Positions 31,632 through 35,878 of a stretch of 35,878 nt of DNA are shown here, piece after piece. Under the pieces are notes generated by a model. That model ran no database searches and had not been told where the DNA came from. It was given only the letters and a program-made list of their open reading frames with translations. Position numbers and translations under genes: made by a program. Source of the stretch: a virus; the IMG/VR virus record IMGVR_UViG_3300027509_000009; one strand, given 5' to 3'. Position 1 is the stretch's first letter; every line of letters starts with the position of its first letter.

Positions 31632-31925
31632 TCAATCAAAAAATAAATCTAGCTTTGAGATACAATCGTCATAATTTTCAGGATACACCACCATGCCAGT
31701 AGACCAATCTTCAAACTTGACAATAGTCTCTTTTTGTAGCGGTTGGAACTTAGAATTCTTAGCTCCTTTTATTTCAAAGCCTCCCCACCAGCCCTCGTGA
31801 AAAGCTATTACATCAGGGCAACCAACAGGGACTCCCGGACCTGGTCTAGTTTTAATAACATAGCAACCCTTTGATTTTAGGTATTTAACGAGATTAGCCT
31901 GAGTCTTTTTTTCTGAGCTCATCAT
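31632..31925 (-). CDS. VRR-NUC domain nuclease
   Basis: ORF track. The sequence GCPDVIAF...GGFEIKG...QPLQKE matches the PD-(D/E)xK VRR-NUC pattern, and the ~97-aa size is typical. Confidence 0.8.
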   Translation of the reverse strand: MMSSEKKTQANLVKYLKSKGCYVIKTRPGPGVPVGCPDVIAFHEGWWGGFEIKGAKNSKFQPLQKETIVKFEDWSTGMVVYPENYDDCISKLDLFFD

Positions 31926-32683
31926 TTACTCTTAAATTTAGATTCCCAAGCATCCGATATCTGTGGAGCTTGCAAGTAATACACCCCATCTTTATTTTTC
32001 ACAGCCCCAAATGGTGCTTCTAGGACATAGCTGACTAAGTACATATCCTCACCCAAAACTCTTATGGTCTCAACTAGCTTGCCATCAATCTGGTCAAATA
32101 CCTCAGTTATAGCTTCAAACTTTCCACTCTCAGCAAGCAACAAGAGGTTTGCAGATATGACAGACTTCACTAGAGGTATGGTGGTTTCATCGCCTAGAGG
32201 TTCACCTTTCTTCATCGCAGTCTCTATCTGATCTTTTCTAGCGTGAATCATCAGAGGTACTTTACGAGGGGTATCAGCCATATTTGTTAATGTCTCCCTG
32301 AGAGTCATTGTGGCTATGTTTTTATCATCTGAGTCTTCTTCGGGGGCTTCTTTTATGGTGTCAAAGGTTTCGGGCGCTGCCAGAGCCGCAGCCGGGCTTC
32401 CGGGTTCAGCCGGGCCGAGCGCGACTTTTTTGGCTTCGGGGAACAGCATGAAGACCTGCGGGTATTCGACTCTAACTGGGGTCTCTATCTTCCCGTCGAC
32501 TCGGTCGATTGCCAGCTTTATTGGTCCGAGCTTGCCATCTGCACATTGCCTAACCAGGGACAAAACTGCACCCTGATAACCCTTGTAGTCAGTATCAAGT
32601 TCTGCTTTGCAGAATTCGTCCCATGTCCAGTGGATGACTTCTTCTAAAAACTGCCCTAACTGCCCTCTCTCTGTTTTGCTCAT
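31922..32683 (-). CDS. hypothetical protein, 253 aa
   Basis: ORF track. Both its start and stop overlap neighbouring genes. Confidence 0.65.
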   Translation of the reverse strand: MSKTERGQLGQFLEEVIHWTWDEFCKAELDTDYKGYQGAVLSLVRQCADGKLGPIKLAIDRVDGKIETPVRVEYPQVFMLFPEAKKVALGPAEPGSPAAALAAPETFDTIKEAPEEDSDDKNIATMTLRETLTNMADTPRKVPLMIHARKDQIETAMKKGEPLGDETTIPLVKSVISANLLLLAESGKFEAITEVFDQIDGKLVETIRVLGEDMYLVSYVLEAPFGAVKNKDGVYYLQAPQISDAWESKFKSK

Positions 32684-32931
32684 GGTTTCATGTTACACGA
32701 AAAACGATGTTTGTCGATTTTTGATTTTTTAATTATTTGTTTGCAATGAGGGCACCGCCAGTAGTTGTGACCATAGCCTCGTCTTTCAGATTTATTCTTA
32801 TGGCTTATGTGCCAATGAGTCCCGCAAGGGTAGTGAATCATTTCAGCATTTAAACTCCATTCTGTTTTTGACGCTGCTCTTTGCGCCTGAAATTCAGTGT
32901 CGTAAAATTTCTTTGTGTCGCACACCCTCAT
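32680..32931 (-). CDS. Cys/His-rich zinc-binding protein, 83 aa
   Basis: ORF track. It contains PCGTHWHISH...WRCPHCKQ...HRFSC. Confidence 0.6.
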   Translation of the reverse strand: MRVCDTKKFYDTEFQAQRAASKTEWSLNAEMIHYPCGTHWHISHKNKSERRGYGHNYWRCPHCKQIIKKSKIDKHRFSCNMKP

Positions 32932-32941
32932 TGTGCCCTTT

Positions 32942-33238
32942 CTATTTCATTAAATCGTCAAGGTCCTCTACTTTAGCTTCGATGGTCTCAGCTTGAATAT
33001 TCGATGATACTACTACTCGCTTGGTGTCGATTCTTTTCCACAGGGATATATCGACCACTGTCTGCCCTCCAGATTTGACCACAGACTTTTCTCTTAATTC
33101 ATGACCAGACCGGTCCTCTGGTTTAGCCATTTTATTGTCAACCCAGAGGTCATGTTTAGCAGCACGAATAGCGTTGTCTCTAGTGATCCGGTATTTAGCG
33201 AGCATTGAGCCCATCAGTGTTGTTTTGTCTCTAGGCAT
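32942..33238 (-). CDS. hypothetical protein, 98 aa
   Basis: ORF track. It overlaps the upstream helicase gene by 8 nt. Confidence 0.6.
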   Translation of the reverse strand: MPRDKTTLMGSMLAKYRITRDNAIRAAKHDLWVDNKMAKPEDRSGHELREKSVVKSGGQTVVDISLWKRIDTKRVVVSSNIQAETIEAKVEDLDDLMK

Positions 33239-34634
33239 CTCTGCTCCAATCTTTAAGTAGGCTGTCTTGCTCTACTAGTGTTAGGTTATCAATCCTCGCG
33301 TCACTGTTAGCTTCTTGGTAGAGGCCTAAACGGGTTTCAACCTGGGCTAAGTTTTTGTATGAGGCATCTCCCAGTAGATACATCTTGAGATCTTTGCCGG
33401 TCTCATCTCTAGCTGAACGACGGGTAAAGCCTTTTTCATCCATAGCTCTTCTGAGTACATTTATCGAGGATGCCTTGTAGCCATGTTCTGAACACCAGAA
33501 CTCATAGTCATTTTTCAGGCTGTTGTAGTTCTTGAATCCATAAATGTCATTCGCTACTAGGTCGTCTGCGTAAGTCTGTGCAGTGTTGGCATCAGTGTCG
33601 TATTTCTCTTTCATCTGAGTAGTGGTGTCGCTGAACCTAAATTCATAGTCCTGCTCTTTAAGCTTTAGCGCATACTTAATCATTTCACCGACAAAAGCGT
33701 CGATGAATTTCGGAGTGAATGTGCGATCTTCGTATGTTTCGTCCGGCTTAAATCTATTATTAAACGGTATGACCAGTGTTCGTCTACGAGCACCGTAACT
33801 CTTATCTCCGAACGCGGGGATATTATTAGCAGAGAAGATGTGATGTACATTTCCCTCGATCTCGACCATGTCCTGTGAGTGGAATTTATGAACTGAAAAA
33901 TTTTCATGCGTTCCGATCGACTTGTAGGTCCTAGTATCTTCAATAAATCCCTCTGAAGATTCTTTGCAAACATTCCCGAGCTTTCCATTGAGTTGTGGTG
34001 TGTCTCGCTCGTCTTCGAGTTGCTTAACCGTAATCTCCGTAAGGTACGGCCCGAATATCTTGTAAAGTAAGTGTACCAGTGTTGACTTTCCATTTGCTCC
34101 TCCTCCTAAATACCAGATCACTCCGGTTGGTTTTTTATACATTATTAATGGCGCTACGGATTGCATAATATCTCCATAGACCCCTTTATCCCCTTTGGCT
34201 AACTCCATCACAAATTTCAGTCTGCCATTACTGTCCACGAAATCCTCTCCTGAATAGTCAGTACCTCCATCGTGGGCTACTCGGTAAACACAATCGTCAG
34301 GAGTGAGCTTATCAGTCCACTTCATAGTTCTCATATCCCAGACCTTGCCACCAAATGCGATATAGCAATCTTTATTGCTCATGTCTTCTGCAGTGGTCCT
34401 AAAGAGGTGCTCGAGATCACTGATACGAGATTTACCAGTACCGAAACCAAAAGCACGATAACAAGCCTCCGCAAACCGGTCGCTAGTCATATCCACCCAC
34501 ATGCCGTCTTCTTCAATTATGGTTGCCCCTTTAAAACGGGCGATGCGCACATTCTTCGATAATCTTTCAGAGAGGATAAGCTTTACCGGCTTGCGCTCTC
34601 CGTTGTCTACTTCCTTAGTCATCCATGCCCGCAA
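33231..34634 (-). CDS. D5/P4-family SF3 replicative helicase (primase-helicase-like)
   Basis: ORF track. Walker A is GGGANGKST and a Walker-B-like region follows. The size and layout resemble the C-terminal domain of phage/plasmid P4-type primases. The track start is a TTG at 34634; the first ATG is at 34622. Confidence 0.8.
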   Translation of the reverse strand: MRAWMTKEVDNGERKPVKLILSERLSKNVRIARFKGATIIEEDGMWVDMTSDRFAEACYRAFGFGTGKSRISDLEHLFRTTAEDMSNKDCYIAFGGKVWDMRTMKWTDKLTPDDCVYRVAHDGGTDYSGEDFVDSNGRLKFVMELAKGDKGVYGDIMQSVAPLIMYKKPTGVIWYLGGGANGKSTLVHLLYKIFGPYLTEITVKQLEDERDTPQLNGKLGNVCKESSEGFIEDTRTYKSIGTHENFSVHKFHSQDMVEIEGNVHHIFSANNIPAFGDKSYGARRRTLVIPFNNRFKPDETYEDRTFTPKFIDAFVGEMIKYALKLKEQDYEFRFSDTTTQMKEKYDTDANTAQTYADDLVANDIYGFKNYNSLKNDYEFWCSEHGYKASSINVLRRAMDEKGFTRRSARDETGKDLKMYLLGDASYKNLAQVETRLGLYQEANSDARIDNLTLVEQDSLLKDWSRDA

Positions 34635-34851
34635 TCATTTCACTTAACAGTGGTAGCTTATACCCTATGACTATCTCGTTGGCGTGGGTAATGACTGGGA
34701 CTGTAGTTGTGTGAAATTCTTGCATCAACCATCCGCGAGTGAGTGTGGGGTCTTCATCAACATTCACTTCTTTGAATTCCACGCCTTTGAATTTTAAATA
34801 TTTCTTGACCATCTCGCAAGATGGGCACCCGTTGCCGCTATATAGAATCAT
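34615..34851 (-). CDS. NrdH/glutaredoxin-like redoxin, 78 aa
   Basis: ORF track, with the SD GAGGAGG upstream. The N-terminal CPSC active-site motif lies in MILYSGNGCPSCEMVKKYL, and the size matches a thioredoxin fold. Confidence 0.8.
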   Translation of the reverse strand: MILYSGNGCPSCEMVKKYLKFKGVEFKEVNVDEDPTLTRGWLMQEFHTTTVPVITHANEIVIGYKLPLLSEMIAGMDD

Positions 34852-35878
34852 TTTGCCTCCTCATAGCAACCCCGTTCAATCATCGCCGTAAACACAGCCT
34901 CGATAACATTTGTAGTCACCCCATTGCCACACATCTTGTAACGCTGGGTATTTGAGATGTCGTAGTCGTCTACTCCATAAGTGTCACCTCCATACTTAGT
35001 CCAATCGTCCGGAAATCCCTGTAATCTTTCACATTCTCTAGGGGTTAGCTTGCGTATTTTTGAATTATCTAAAGTCCCTTGCGTTGAGGCAGTATCGAGC
35101 GTATTAGCGATACCCTTACCAACTCTGCCACGCCTAGTCTTAGAGTTAGGGTGGGTGTAGTTGATCGAGTCGCCATCCTGAGCCTCTGAATAGCCTTTCT
35201 TGGTAGCTTCTTTTATAGCTACATAGTTATCTTTCTGAACTGATGTAATGGTATTTGTATTGCCATCTTTTCTCGCCTCAATAGTTTGCACAGGGGGATT
35301 ACCTCTACCTCTTTGAGCGACTATAACCCCATTCCTGCCATCGCCGTCTGGAGACCCTCTATAGCTAGAAGTCAAAGTCCCGGCTATGGATTGCTCCTGA
35401 TATTCTGTTCTGTGTTTTCTGGCTACTACAATCTTCGGCTCAAGCCCCCCACCCTGCATAGTGCTTAAGGTTGGGCTTGCCCCATCTGTTCCGTAGATCC
35501 TGCCTGTGTTTGGGTTTGGTCTGGCTCTGTGTTCGTGGATGTTGCCAATTTGCTTAATATCTTGCCCTGTTGTTCCGAGGATAGGAAATACTTGTCGTCC
35601 ACATCTGTCTCTAAGATGTCCGATAATGATAATCCGCTCTCTGTTTTGGGGAACTCCGAAGTCTTTGCTGTTAAGTACCTGCCATTCCACTCTGTAGCCC
35701 AAGTCGGAGAGAACCCCAATGATTGTCTGGAAAGTTCGTCCTTTGTCATGACTAAGTAGACCTTTAACATTTTCGAGTACCAGATGTTTGGGTTTCTTTT
35801 CTTTGAGAATCCTTGCGATGTCAAAAAAGAGAGTCCCTCTGGTGTCGTCAAATCCAGCTCGTTTGCCAGCAACACTGA
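34848..35878 (-). CDS. DNA (cytosine-5)-methyltransferase, C-terminal part (continuation of 1..444 across the junction)
   Basis: Track ORF 34848..35702 starts artificially at an internal Met. The same frame is open upstream to the window end: SVAGKRAGFDDTRGTLFFDIARILKEKKPKHLVLENVKGLL...GYRVEWQVLNSKDFGVPQNRERIIIIG (motifs VI and VIII). It continues to RKLTPRECERLQGFPDDW (motif IX) and YKMCGNGVTTNV (motif X). Confidence 0.9.
   Translation of the reverse strand, partial: SVAGKRAGFDDTRGTLFFDIARILKEKKPKHLVLENVKGLLSHDKGRTFQTIIGVLSDLGYRVEWQVLNSKDFGVPQNRERIIIIGHLRDRCGRQVFPILGTTGQDIKQIGNIHEHRARPNPNTGRIYGTDGASPTLSTMQGGGLEPKIVVARKHRTEYQEQSIAGTLTSSYRGSPDGDGRNGVIVAQRGRGNPPVQTIEARKDGNTNTITSVQKDNYVAIKEATKKGYSEAQDGDSINYTHPNSKTRRGRVGKGIANTLDTASTQGTLDNSKIRKLTPRECERLQGFPDDWTKYGGDTYGVDDYDISNTQRYKMCGNGVTTNVIEAVFTAMIERGCYEEAK
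35814..35878. repeat. 65-bp terminal duplication of bases 1..65 (circular-closure overlap)
   Basis: This is an exact identity read directly from the sequence. It lies inside the methyltransferase coding frame. Confidence 0.95.

Noticed and set aside
35465-35875. 136-aa minus-strand ORF at the right end of the window.
   Set aside because: It is out of frame with, and entirely overlapped by, the methyltransferase frame. That frame carries motifs IV-VIII continuously through this region.
1-35878. Search for tRNA or tmRNA genes, CRISPR repeats, integrase or attP, toxin-antitoxin pairs and reverse transcriptase (retron/DGR).
   Set aside because: I noticed no GTTCRANYC T-loop context with matching acceptor stems. 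I saw no repeat-spacer array, no tyrosine or serine recombinase motifs, and no YxDD reverse-transcriptase motif in any ORF-track translation. A by-eye scan could still miss diverged examples.

Overview
The window looks like a complete, circularly closed tailed-phage genome. Bases 1..65 are identical to 35814..35878, so the unique length is about 35.8 kb. It appears podovirus-like, because I recognise no tail tube, sheath or tape-measure module. All calls come from reading the sequence and the ORF track by hand; no searches or folding programs were run.

Architecture:
- 950..2290 is a roughly 1.3 kb non-coding divergent control region.
- 2294..11513 is a rightward early, replication and recombination operon: small early proteins, SNF2-like helicase, PIF1/RecD-like helicase, RHH protein, P-loop ATPase, SSB-like protein and YqaJ-type exonuclease.
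- About 11544..11634 holds tandem intrinsic terminators at the convergence point.
- The leftward transcription unit starts near 1090 and crosses the circular junction. In order it encodes a C5-cytosine methyltransferase, NrdH-like redoxin, D5/P4-type SF3 helicase and VRR-NUC nuclease. These are followed by virion genes (giant internal protein, tail proteins, portal, acidic scaffold-like protein, capsid), a lysis cassette and a collagen-like tail fibre ending at 12110.
- The large terminase gene is inverted relative to the surrounding late genes.
- Nearly all genes carry strong AGGAG-type Shine-Dalgarno sites.
- I recognise no integrase, CI-like repressor, DNA polymerase, RNA polymerase, tRNA, rRNA or CRISPR array.

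The most unusual content is non-coding:
- A consensus-like promoter drives about 620 nt with no ORF. The first part is a CA-rich, G-poor tract and the rest is densely base-paired RNA. This is a candidate large phage ncRNA or a giant regulatory leader.
- A GC-rich island of C-runs and G-runs lies next to iterons and an AT-rich segment bracketed by inverted repeats, which looks origin- or operator-like.
- A second structured, possibly MITE-like element lies at 8734..8893.
- The methyltransferase carries an in-frame low-complexity insertion.
- A compositionally distinct moron-like cassette sits at 11689..12101.
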